Below, in pieces: positions 50,701 to 64,000 of a stretch of DNA of 64,000 bases. Positions within the stretch are counted from its first letter, which is position 1. Each line of letters begins with the position of its first letter. The notes below the pieces were generated by a model. It did not search any database. It saw only the letters and a program-made list of their open reading frames with translations, and had not been told where the DNA came from. The DNA comes from Protoeuglena noctilucae. Its lineage: Eukaryota. The DNA is taken from contig OY253675.1 of the NCBI GenBank assembly GCA_958009085.1, positions 1-64,000 on the forward strand, written 5' to 3'. Position numbers and translations under genes: made by a program.

Positions 50701-52445
50701 CTCAGACTTACCCCCGTTACACCCATTCGCACACCCACGCCCTCACCGCACACCTCCAAAGCACACCCAAACCCCCGCCGCACCCACACCATATACCCAT
50801 CCACTGCACACCCACCGCTCACGCGCACCCCCCACCCCCTCCGCACACCCCCCATCTCACCTGGCGTGCCCCCCCGGCGTGGGCGACTTGCGCCTGAGCG
50901 CCGACACATCCCACACGCGGATGGTCTGGTCGAGGGAGGCGCTGGCCACGATGTCTTCCTTGGGGTGGAATCGGGCGCACATGACGTAGTGGTTGTGGCC
51001 GGTCAGGACGGCGATGCAGGCGCGGGACTGCCAGTTCCATATGCGAATGGTCTGGGGGGGAGGGAGGGTGAGGGTGGGGTGTTAATAACCAATGCGGATG
51101 GTCTGGGGGTGGGGTGGGTGAGGTGAGAGGGGTGAGTAAGATATGTGAGTGAGGGACTGCCAGTTCCAGATGCAGATGGTCTGAGAATGGGGTGGGTGGG
51201 GTGTGACGTGAGAGGGACTGCCAGTTCCAAATGCGGAGTGGGGATGGGGTACGGTGGGACATGTGAATGATGGACTGCTAGTAACAAATGCGGGTACCAC
51301 CATCCCCAGTTGTCAGTACCAACACCTCGTCTCCCTCATCTCATCTCACCTGGTCGTCCGAGCACGATAGCACCCAGGGGCTCTCGTGGTGGAACTGCAC
51401 GGTGCGGATGTAGTCGAGGTGACCCACCAGCGTGAAGATGCACCGGCGCTGCTGGTAGTTCCAGACCTTGACCTGAGGGGGAGAGATGGAGGCGTGGGGT
51501 GTGGGTGTCAGGTGTGAGCAGTTCGGATGATGCCATGGGGAGCTGAGGGGCGGGAGGTGAGGGCAGGGTCAAGCATCGGCATCGTCCATGCGCTTCTGCT
51601 ATCCATCGACGCTCTGACGCTGATCCTCAGCCCCTGGGTCCCCCACCTTGTAGTCATCCCCGCCAGACACAAACAGCGGCTGCGTGCCGTGGAAGTCCAC
51701 GCTCCGGACGGGGCCCTCGTGCTGCGGGCGGGAAAACAAAGGGCCGCGGGTCGGTGTATTCACAAGCACTGAACCACAACCGACCATGTCGACTCGTGTC
51801 GCTCACAAAGCCCCTCATCGACCCTGCATCTCGCGCGAACCCCGTCCGACCATCGCCCGTCCATTGCACTTAACGCACCTCGTCGAAGCGATCGATCAGC
51901 GTCCCCATGCGGTAGTCCCAGAGCTGTATCATGCCCGTGTGAAGGGACGCAAGGATCCACGGCCTGCGGGCACCGCGCGGCGATACATCGCTCCGGAAGC
52001 TGAGCTTTGACATAACTAACATCAGCTGCGACGGAAGCGGGGTCGCGCGAAACGCAGCGCGCGCGATGGGGCCAGAGGGACGCTCGGACACCCGATGCAG
52101 CGGCCTGGGGCGCCGGGACGGCCACTTGGGGGACCAGACCGCAGCTGAGCGGAGCTTCACGAGCATCTACGTCCGATGGGAGCAAGCATCGGGCGCTTCG
52201 TCCCCCACGCCGGCCAGGGTGCGTCCCCGGGCAACGCATGCGCGTGGGACCCATGCCGGGCCCCTGGGGCCGCGCCCGGGGCCCTCTCGCTGGCCAGCGC
52301 GCGAGATGCGAGTCACGAGCGAGATCGGATGGCGGATGCCGACCATCGCGGCTCCCCACAGCGGCGTGGGGGCCCGGCCTCACCGTTTGGGGTGGAACGC
52401 GCATCCCTTGACGCGGTTGCTCTTCGTCTCGAACTTTGTCAGCAT
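44797..52445 (-). CDS. COPA: Coatomer subunit alpha, multi-exon
   Basis: [112 protein letters not shown]. Confidence 0.97.
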
Positions 52446-52902
52446 CTTGACCCGTTAGCTCCGAGGACGCGCCCGGGCGGGCCAGGGAAGTCGGCTCTCG
52501 GCCAAGCGGGGCCGAGGACGGAGGCTCCAGAGGCCGCGGGCCCAGTCACCGGCGCCCGCGCGCAAAATCTGCCCCGAACTGACGTGCGGGAGGGGTCGGA
52601 TCGGTCCCTCAATGCGGTTCTGGCGGTGTCAGAAGCGGGTTTTGCGTGCCTCCCGAGATCCCCCGCGTCGCCCGCACTGCGGCGCTCTCGCGGTCCATTT
52701 CGCGTTCCTAGCACCGGGCGAACTCTTCCGCGGACAATCTGCGGCTGCGACGTCGGCTGGCTGAGCCTTCGGCGCGTGGCTTCTGCGTGCGCTCCCGGCC
52801 GCGCGTCGGGCAACTTAGGCGCCCGCCACCCGCCGCCGCTGAGTCTCTGAACTTGGCAGGAACCTCGCGGGCGCGGTCCGGGGCCCCGACCCGCGGGCGA
52901 CC

Positions 52903-55843
<2,941 letters not shown>

Positions 55844-56169
55844 GATAGAGACATTCCCGTCCCAAAGCGAGGCGCTGTGTCGGGGGCAGACTCGTTTGCC
55901 TGCAGCGCACACGCCAGTTGAAGCTGCTTCCTGGGAATGAAACACCCATCGCTACTCCCTCATGCACCAGATCCCACATGCGCCTGAACTCGCTCGCCGC
56001 ACTGGCCAGACATCGTTATTGCGATCGGAAGAGCAGGGCCGTCACTGCCCAGCTGTACTCAGCGCACCGGTGGCATCTGCGCGCCCGATTTCATCTGCAC
56101 CTGAATCCTGGGCGTTTGTTATTGTTCCGCACTGCCTGACAGGGGCGCGGCGGGGCCCACGGACTCGCG

Positions 56170-59100
56170 ATGACTGGGGAAGAGTGAGTGCCCCGCCAAG
56201 CGATGGATCCCGCGCGCTGGGCCACCTGCGTTCCCCGCGGGGGCATGTGGCGCGAGATGCTTAGATGATACGTCCCTGGTCGCTGCAGGAACGCCGGGGA
56301 GGCTGGCACCCGGAAGCGGAGGACGCGGTTCGCGGACCCCACGCCGGCGCCCACCGAGCCCCCGGAGGCGGCGACGCCCAGCGGCACGGCCCTGGTCACG
56401 GGTGGCCAGAGTGCAGGAGCAACGGAGGCGCCGACTCCGGCGACGGCGGAGCGTCCCTCCGGGACGGAGGGCGCGGCGACCCCGGCGTCGGGCAACGGGG
56501 CGCCGTCTGCCGAGGGGCAGAAGAAGCGGAAGCGGAGGAAGGGCTGGGGAGAGCCTACCAACAATCCAATCAACATGCCCACGATCCTCGGCACGGGCGC
56601 GCTGCCGAACCTCCCGCACGTGAGTCGGGGTCACAGACGCGCCCTTCCCAGCCGCGGAGTGCCCCGCGAGGCTCCGATTTTGTTTGCGATGTATTCTCAA
56701 CTCCATTTTCTTTATCATCTGTGCTTCCCTCGCCTCCGGGCGTGCGCCGATCGCTTGGCGCTCGCCCCGCAGTCGTTCCCGTGCTTCACGTCCGTTCCCT
56801 CCCGCTTTCCCCTCAGATCCCCGGCGCCTTCATGGCGCACGTGGGTCCTTCCTCTTCCGGCAACGACTTGGTGGCCGCGATGCTGGGCGCGGGCAGCTCT
56901 GCCGCTGTGGTCCCGGATTTCACGGGCGAGACGCACGCCATGAAGCAGAGCCGCAAGGTGTACGTGGGCAACGTGCCCATGCACTGGTGACTGACGCGCG
57001 ATGTGTAGAAGCAGAGCCGCAAGGTGTACGTGCGCGACGCAGCCTTGGTTGTTGGTTGCTGAGAAGCAGCGGACCTGCAACGAGCGTCGCTGTGTCCGTC
57101 TCCCCACCATACATCGACCCTTGCTTACCCTTCCTCCCTTTAAAAGTAGCACCTATCGTTTGAATAAACGATGCCTTGACTCCCCACCATCCATCCACCT
57201 TCCCCCCCCCCCCCCCCCCCCCGCAGCACGGTGAACGAGCTGATGAACTGGTCGTCGGAGCAGGTGCTCAAGGCATGTCCCACCATCATGGAGGTGACCA
57301 AGGGGGCCATCCCCGTCATCAATGGCATGGTGGCGGGGGACAAGGGGTACGCCTTCATTGAGTGTGCGTGTGCCGAGGTCGCCACCATCGCCGTCAACTT
57401 GCTGGACGGCAAGACCTTCCGGTGAGGAGCAGGGACGCGATTCGCTGATTCCAATTCTCTTTCTCACACTCTTTCCTTTCCATCGCAACCTCTCACGTGC
57501 ACCACCCCACCCCCACCCCACCTCTCTACCCCTCACTGCTGTCGCTACCAGCCCCTCACATGACCCACCCCACCTCCCTCTCTCCCCCCAGTGGCAGCAT
57601 CCTGCGCATGCGTCGCCCCAAGGACTACATCCCAGGGTGGGAGCCCGACCACGTCATCCTCACGCGCCTCATCCCGGGGTACCGCATCCCCATCTCCAGG
57701 GAGGTGAGAGGAAGGGGCACGGCTTTGACTGTGTGCGTGCTGGGTTACTGAGTGATAAGCAGCATCCCCATCTCCAGGGAGGTGAGGGAGAGGGAGAGGG
57801 AGACAGTGCAGGGATGGGTGCAAAGCGAGAGGTCGCATCCTGACGCTACCACCCCTCCGCAGCCACTCTCCTTGCCTCTACTGACCCACTCCAATCCCCT
57901 CACCCACTCCATCCCTCCACCCTACTCCCCGTCACCCACTCCACCCCCCCACTCCCCCAAACCCCCCCCCAGGTCCAATGCGACAGCGAGGTCCCCCCCT
58001 CCCCCACGCGCCTGTATGTGGGCAACCTGCACCCGGTCGTATCCGAGGCAGAACTGAAGGACTTCTTCCACAAATACGCCGAGCTGCGCGCGTTCAAGCT
58101 TATCAAGAAGCACCCGGACGACGAGCTGTCCATGGGCTACGCCTTCGCGCAATTCGAATTCCCCAGCGACTTTCCGGCCGGGGTGCTGGGGCTGCGTGGG
58201 GTGCAGTTCATGGGCAAGCCCATCGCGGTGTTCCCCGCGGACCTTGACCCGGAGATTCTCCCAAAGATCACCGACGAGGTGGCGCAGGGGCGGTCCGGGC
58301 TGGACGTGCTGCCAGAGTCGGTGCCAGAGAGGCCCCGGGAGGAGTGGTACCGGCCGCTCGAGTGGGTCAAGCCCCTCAGCGAGGCGCCGACGAGGATACT
58401 CGAGATATCCGGGTGCATATCGGGTGAGTGGGAGTTGGGTGGCTGGTGGCATGGGTGGTAGTATGGGTATGAGTGGGCTGGTTGGTGTTGTCTGGGTGCG
58501 TCGCAGAGTCGATGGAGGAGCTGCATGTCACATATCACACATCGCAACCCATCTCACTTCTTGTGCTTTGTCGCAGAGTCGATGGAGGAGCTGAACGACG
58601 AGGATGCGTGCGCGCGCATTGAAGAGGACGTGCGTGCCGAGTGCGAAAGGTTTGGGCTCACGTGGTCATCGCACCTGACGCGCTTGCCGGGGGCGGCGGC
58701 GGGGGCTGCGGGGGAGGCGGCAAAGGCGGAGGGCGGGGCGGAGGGGGCGGCAAAGACGGAGGGTGATGCGGCGGGGGCGGGGACGGAGGTGAAGGTGGAG
58801 GGGGAGTTGAAAGCGGAGGGCGCGGGGGGTGCGGGGGAGGGGGAGAATGGGATGGGAGCGGCGGGGGAGGCGGGGGCGGGTGTGGTGAAAGACGAGGGTG
58901 GGAATTTGGGAACGGAGCCTAAGGGGGAATCGAAGGGTGTACCTGCGGACGAGGGCCACATTGAGGAAGTGCGGGAGGAGGAGGGTGCACAGGGGGCGGC
59001 TGTGAAGGAAGAGGGGAATGGCGATGCGGGTCGCGAGGGTGGGGATGGCGATGGGGACGAGGATGAGGATGGGGATGGGGAGGGGGGGCCTAAGAAGCTG

Positions 59101-59710
59101 TACGGTTTGGGCAAGGTGTACGTGGAGTTTGCGAGGAAGGAGACGGCCATGGTGGCGCTGTTCCGGTGAGGGGCGTGTGGTTCGGGGGGCATGTGCGTCG
59201 ACTTGACACGTCGACTTGACATGACGTGTGGGGGCGTGGATGCGGGTCATGGTGGCTATCAACGCAGCTGTAGTCGATGACCTTGGTTGGCTTGTTAACT
59301 AGTGTCCTGTTGCAACCTGCCCCGTCTGCCACCTCGCGACCCCTTCGCCCGCCTCACGCCCTCCTCGCTTGTGCGCCCGCAGCCTGTTCGGGCGCTCCTA
59401 CGACGGCCGCCTGCTGACGGCGCGTTACTTCCCGGTCAAGACCTACCAGCGGCAGTTCAACAAGGGGATCCTGCCCACCACCCTGGCCCAGAAGATCCAG
59501 CTGGCCATCGCCGTGCAGGCCCGCATCACCGAGGCGCTGTACCACGACGACGAGCCGGGGAGGGCGCGCGTGCCCCTCGTGCCTCCCAACCGCCGGACTT
59601 TCTTCTGGGACACGGCAGGGGGCCGCGTCACGGACCAGGACGCCGTCCGGACCGCCATCGAGTTCTCGCGGCAGCAGCAGCTCCTGCCGGCGCCGCCGGG
59701 GAGGAGGTAG
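56170..59710 (+). CDS. U2AF large-subunit (U2AF65)-like splicing factor: ULM, two RRMs, UHM; no RS domain
   Basis: KRKRRKGWG (ULM-like); RKVYVGNVP...KGYAFIE...LDGKTFRGSILRMRRPKDY; RLYVGNL...MGYAFAQF; PTRIL...IEEDVRAECERFG...GLGKVYVEF...LFGRSYDGRLLTARYF. Confidence 0.85.
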
Positions 59711-59961
59711 GAATCGCATGCTGAATGGAGGCCGTGTGAGAGGGGTCGGGAAGCGCTGTGAAGAGGGGCATGCGTCGCCAAAACTGCTGGAATTGGATCG
59801 CTAGAGATCAGCATCCGATCTGCCAACCTCATGGCAATTTCCTGACTCGATCTCCAAGCCTTCCGTGCCGCGTTCGTCGCTCGCGAGAGCACAGATACCT
59901 CCCTCGGGCACTTCGCCCCGCATCGCGGCCAGGGTGGCACTAGCGTCGGCCAAACGCAACG

Positions 59962-62144
59962 ATGCTTGCGACCTTGACGACAGCGGAGATCGCTGCGGGG
60001 CTCGCGGTCCCACGGGCACCCCCGCGCGCCCGGGTAGCGTGCCGAGCGGAGGGGAACGGCGCGTCGCGGGGCCTGCGCTCCGACCCGTCGCTTAAATCGA
60101 GCGAGATTGACAATAAGGCATCGGTGTTGGCTTCTACCAACGGCGCGTCGAGCGACGATGAGGTTCGTTGCTGCCTCGCACCTGGCGGCCCGCTGCAGCG
60201 TCCTGCGCGGGGCGCGTCGTCGGATTCCTATCCCGGTGGCTTCCTGGCACCTTCCTCTTTGCTTGCGAATCATGTGAGGGGCTCCCCCCGCAGCGATTCC
60301 TCGACCTCGACTCGTGGTTAGCACGGGAGAGCCTCTCCGCCGGGTGGACGCCGTACGGGCAGCGGGGGCGGCAGGTGTACCAGCGCAACCCGCTGGACGC
60401 GTACCGACCCTATCGTAGGACGGAGTTCACGCTCGAGGGTGCGTGCCGGCGCTGTGCGACGGCGGGGGGGCTCCCGCGGGGCCCGGGCGACGTCGCCACC
60501 CGCCCCTCCCCCGCGCCCTCCCCGCAGACTGGGAGAGCCACCGCTCGCTGAGCCGTTATGTCCGCAACATGGTCAACCTCCCGCAATCGGGCATCTTCCG
60601 CGCCCTGGCTCCCCCCATCACCTTCCTGACGGTCGAGACGGTCGCCCTGATCGGATACGCGGACGCCGTGGCGCAGGGGCTCCTCCCGACCTACATGCCG
60701 CAAATGCCGAACTTCGGTCTCGCTCCCTTCGAGCTGACGGCCTTCGCGCTGGCGCTCCTCCTCGGTTTCCGCACCAACATCTCCTACAGCCGGTGCGTCG
60801 CGTGCGCTGCGCGTGCGCCGATGCACGCTTTGGATGACTTAGAGACGACATATGCGGGATGGGTCGCAATTAGAGGTCCTGAGCCCCGTCGCGCGCCGGT
60901 CTTAGCCAAAGCACGCGGGCATGCGCCCTCCCGACCCCCGCGCTGCCCTCTCGCCGCCTGCGCAGGTGGGCATCGGCTCGGCAGATATGGTCGGACATCA
61001 TCGCGAGCTCGCGCAGCCTGGGCCGGCTGTGCATGGTCTACATGACGGACGACGCGTCGGCGGTACGAGCTGCCACGTGGACGAAGGCCTTCCTGGTGTC
61101 GCTGCAGTGCCGGCTGAGGGAGGACAGCCACATGGAGGCGCCGCTGGAGCAAGCGGGGCTGCCGTCGGGCGAGGCGGCGCGCGTGGCGGGGGTGCACCAC
61201 TCAGCAGTCTACTGCATGCAGGCGAGAGACGTGGGGCAGATGCGGGCAGGGTGGCCCCGGGTCTGAGGCTCGCTGCCGCATACGCGTGGCGTGGTCAGTT
61301 TGCAAGTTGTCGTCCGAATGTGACACACGAACATGTCTGTGCGATCTTGCTGCCGTGGTCGCTGTGTTTGCTCTGCGCTCGCTTTCCGGTGTCACTCTCC
61401 GCGTGCCCTCGCCACCTCCCCAGGAGCTCTCCGCCGTGGTGCTGTCGGCCCCCTTCCGCGACAACCAAGTGCGTGGCCTGGTGGAGGCGGCACTGATGGA
61501 CATTGACAAGCAGATGTCCGGGTGCGAGACGCTCATCCGGAGCCCCATGCCGCTCTTCTACACCCAGGCGAGACAGCGGGATGTGGGGAAATCACAATGA
61601 CCCAGTCGGCAGTAAGCTGTGTGGGCAAGCGTGGGGTGGCGGGTGCGGCGTCGCAGACCATTAGGCAACGACGCGCTTCCGTGGCAAATTGCCAAGCATC
61701 CTTACCCAGCCAGCGCCCCCTCTCGCGATGCCGACTTGTATTTACTGAGCATCAGTACCTCACCACCACCTCGCCTCCCCCGCAGCACGTGTCGCGTTTC
61801 ATGACGGTGTGGCTGGGACTGCTACCCCTGGGCCTCGTGACGCTGCTGGGGTGGCAGGCGGTGCCGGCCATGGCGGCCATCTCCTTCGCACTCCTCGGCA
61901 TCGACGAGATTGGGCTGCAGGTACGGACTAGGCACCTCGCGTGCTGTCCCAGCCATGCACCTTGTGTGCCGCAGCCACGCATGGGGAACAGCTTGGGTGC
62001 ACGCCAGGTCTCCCCACATCGTCACATTGTCGCCCGCAGATCGAGGAGCCGTTCGGAGTGCTCCCTCTCGAATCCATGGTCCGCACCGCATCAGCGGACA
62101 TGGACCTTTTGGTCAGGGCCAGGGCCGACCGTGCCCAGCCATGA
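59962..62144 (+). CDS. Bestrophin-like (UPF0187/VCCN/BST type) anion channel with putative plastid transit peptide; 3' end uncertain (may extend to 62448)
   Basis: DWESHRSLSRY, ALALLLGFRTNISYSRW, GCETLIRSPMPLFYTQHVSRF, LLGIDEIGLQIEEPFGVLPL. Confidence 0.88.
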
Positions 62145-62716
62145 CGACACGCGAAGCACACACCGGGGGCTCGTCGTCACCAGCGCAGCATGTCGCTTTG
62201 GCTACTATCGATCATGCCTCTCCACTTTCCGCCTTTTGTCCTCCCCTGGGGCCTCGAGAGTCCGCACTGTGCTGCCCAGGTCGCGTTTTGTGACCCCGGC
62301 GACGTCCTGCTCCGCTAACGATGTGATGGGTTCGATACGGGACTCGTTTGCTATCAATGGCCTGGATTCCGCCTCTCCCGGCGTTGAATTCCACGGGTCA
62401 ACGGCTGCTGCAGACGCCAGAACAGCTCGTCAGCCTCAGCGGGACTAGAATGGCGCCCGCCGCGTCCCGCGTATGCGAACTCGGTCACATCACTTGCGCC
62501 TGCGAGTCCCACGTTGCGCGTTCGTCCACCGTCGAGGAGCCAGGGCAGCCAACACTTGCGCCTGCTGGAAGTTGCCCCGCCTACCGCGCACGCGCTTTCT
62601 GAGGCTGCAGAGACCAATCCAGCCCGACCGTAGGCAGCGGGCATGTCCGGAGGCCTGGACCGGGCGCGCGTCTGAGCGGCGGCGTTCAAACGGGGCCGAG
62701 CGCGCCGGTCGCCGCA

Positions 62717-64000
62717 ATGAGCATCGACGCGCTCCGGACGACGGGCGAGCTGTCTGACGTGACCGTCCGAGTGAAATACCACGATGTGGACAGCAACAGG
62801 ATCATCGGGCAGCAGGACATGGCCCTGCACTCGACGCTGCTGGCGGCCAAGTCCGATTGGTTCAGAGACCATATTTTCCGCAACGCGGACGGCGTCACGG
62901 CCAGCATGCGCATGTCGGGTGGGGAATAGTGCACTGGCGGAGGCGCCGGGGCCGCGCGCGCCGTTCCGCGGGGAACGCACAGGGTGATGCGCCGTATCTC
63001 TGCTTTTCCCTCGCAGTCCAGTCGCTGGTGCGCTCCATCTACGGCGGCTTCCTCGAAAAGAGTCTGAGTGTGATTGAGGTGCACCTCCCGCACTCCCAAA
63101 AGCTGTATTTCGAGGCCATGGTGAGTGATTAGTACCCGACTGCACACCCGCACCTGCCACCACTTCACCCGCCACCACCCGCACCTCCCTCCCACCCCAC
63201 TCACCCACCTCTGGTCCCCGCCACTCCATCCACCCCCCGTCTCCCCCCCTCCCCAACCCCAGATCGTCTTTATGTACAACAACTCGGTGGATTTAAACGA
63301 GCAGACGTACGCGGGCCTGTTGGAGGTGGCCCACACCTTCCGGGTTCGCGAGCTGGTGGACGCGGTGGTGGACTTCATTTTGGCCCGGCTCACCTGGGAC
63401 AACTGCGTCGAGGCGTGGCTGAATGCAATTGAGGTTGAGCACCCGCGATACGAGGCGCAGACGATGGCGGTGGTGGCAAGGAACTTCGACCGTGTCTATC
63501 GGGCGCCGGAGCTGGGGGATGCGGTGCCGGGGAAGGTGCTGGAGCTGCTCCGGCACCCGGATTTGAACGCCGCGGGGGAGGACGTCGTGTTTGAGATGGT
63601 CAGGTGAGACATGAGGGGGAGGGGGGGTGTTGAGGGGATTGACAAGTGGGGAAGTGGGGTGGGTGGGAGGTGAGCAGGAGGGGGCGTGTTGAGGGGCAAG
63701 TGGGGTGAGCGTGCGGTGAGTGGGACGTGGGCCATGTCGGTGCGTGTGAGTGAGGGCGTGGTGGGTGTGGGAGAGAGTGATTGTGAGGGGGAAAGGCAAG
63801 GAGCTTGCATGTGCCTTGCATGCCACTGCATCCCTCACAATCACACATGCCTGCGTGCACCCATCGCAGGGGTTACATGCAGAACATCGCCTCGCGCCAC
63901 GGCTACCAGATCAGCAGGGAGGAGAACCGGCAGCTGTGGGGGGCAGTGCGGTGAGGGGACAGGCAGCACAGGCTTGGGGAGAAGGGGTCAGCGGGGTGGG
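62717..64000 (+). CDS. BTB/POZ-BACK domain protein, continues beyond window
   Basis: GELSDVTVRV...LHSTLLAAKSDWFR...FEAMIVFMYNNSVDL...LLEVAHTFRVRELVDAVVDFI...LTWDNC...LLRHPDLNAAGEDVVFE. Confidence 0.85.

Noticed and set aside
51024..51320. CRISPR-like repeat-spacer array
   Set aside because: The repeats are copies of the adjacent COPA exon within a eukaryotic intron, the spacers are low-complexity and there are no cas genes.
62116..62448. GG-AG non-canonical intron extending the bestrophin-like protein
   Set aside because: In-frame joining would need a GG donor; read-through to TGA at 62142-62144 is simpler. Unresolved without transcripts.

Overview
GC-rich, intron-rich eukaryotic nuclear DNA. 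It is most likely a flagellated photosynthetic green alga (inference from plastid-type Hsp70, bestrophin-like and AhpC-like genes plus axonemal SPEF2/CPC1 and RSP9). About 16 protein genes or gene remnants can be reconstructed by hand: MFS transporter, VPS8, GT-A glycosyltransferase-like, AhpC/TSA-like, SPEF2, kinesin, TM+HDEL protein, atypical Hsp70, F-box/ankyrin, RSP9, NOC1/CEBPZ, COPA, MYST HAT, U2AF65-like, bestrophin-like and BTB-BACK. A (TTAGGG)n telomere at about 15044-15263 caps a truncated coding sequence and is followed by a 200-N gap. The most unusual signal is in the introns. About 20 gene-body introns contain 'echoes': 15-60 nt exact or decayed copies of their own flanking exon ends, usually including the splice site, sometimes in decaying series, and in three cases resembling exon-exon joins. 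Introns also show G-rich 5' / C-rich 3' polarity and very frequent AG|GCGAG (GC-AG) donors. The U2AF65-like gene lacks an RS domain. Gene models were inferred manually with no alignment or database search, so exon boundaries and some termini are approximate.
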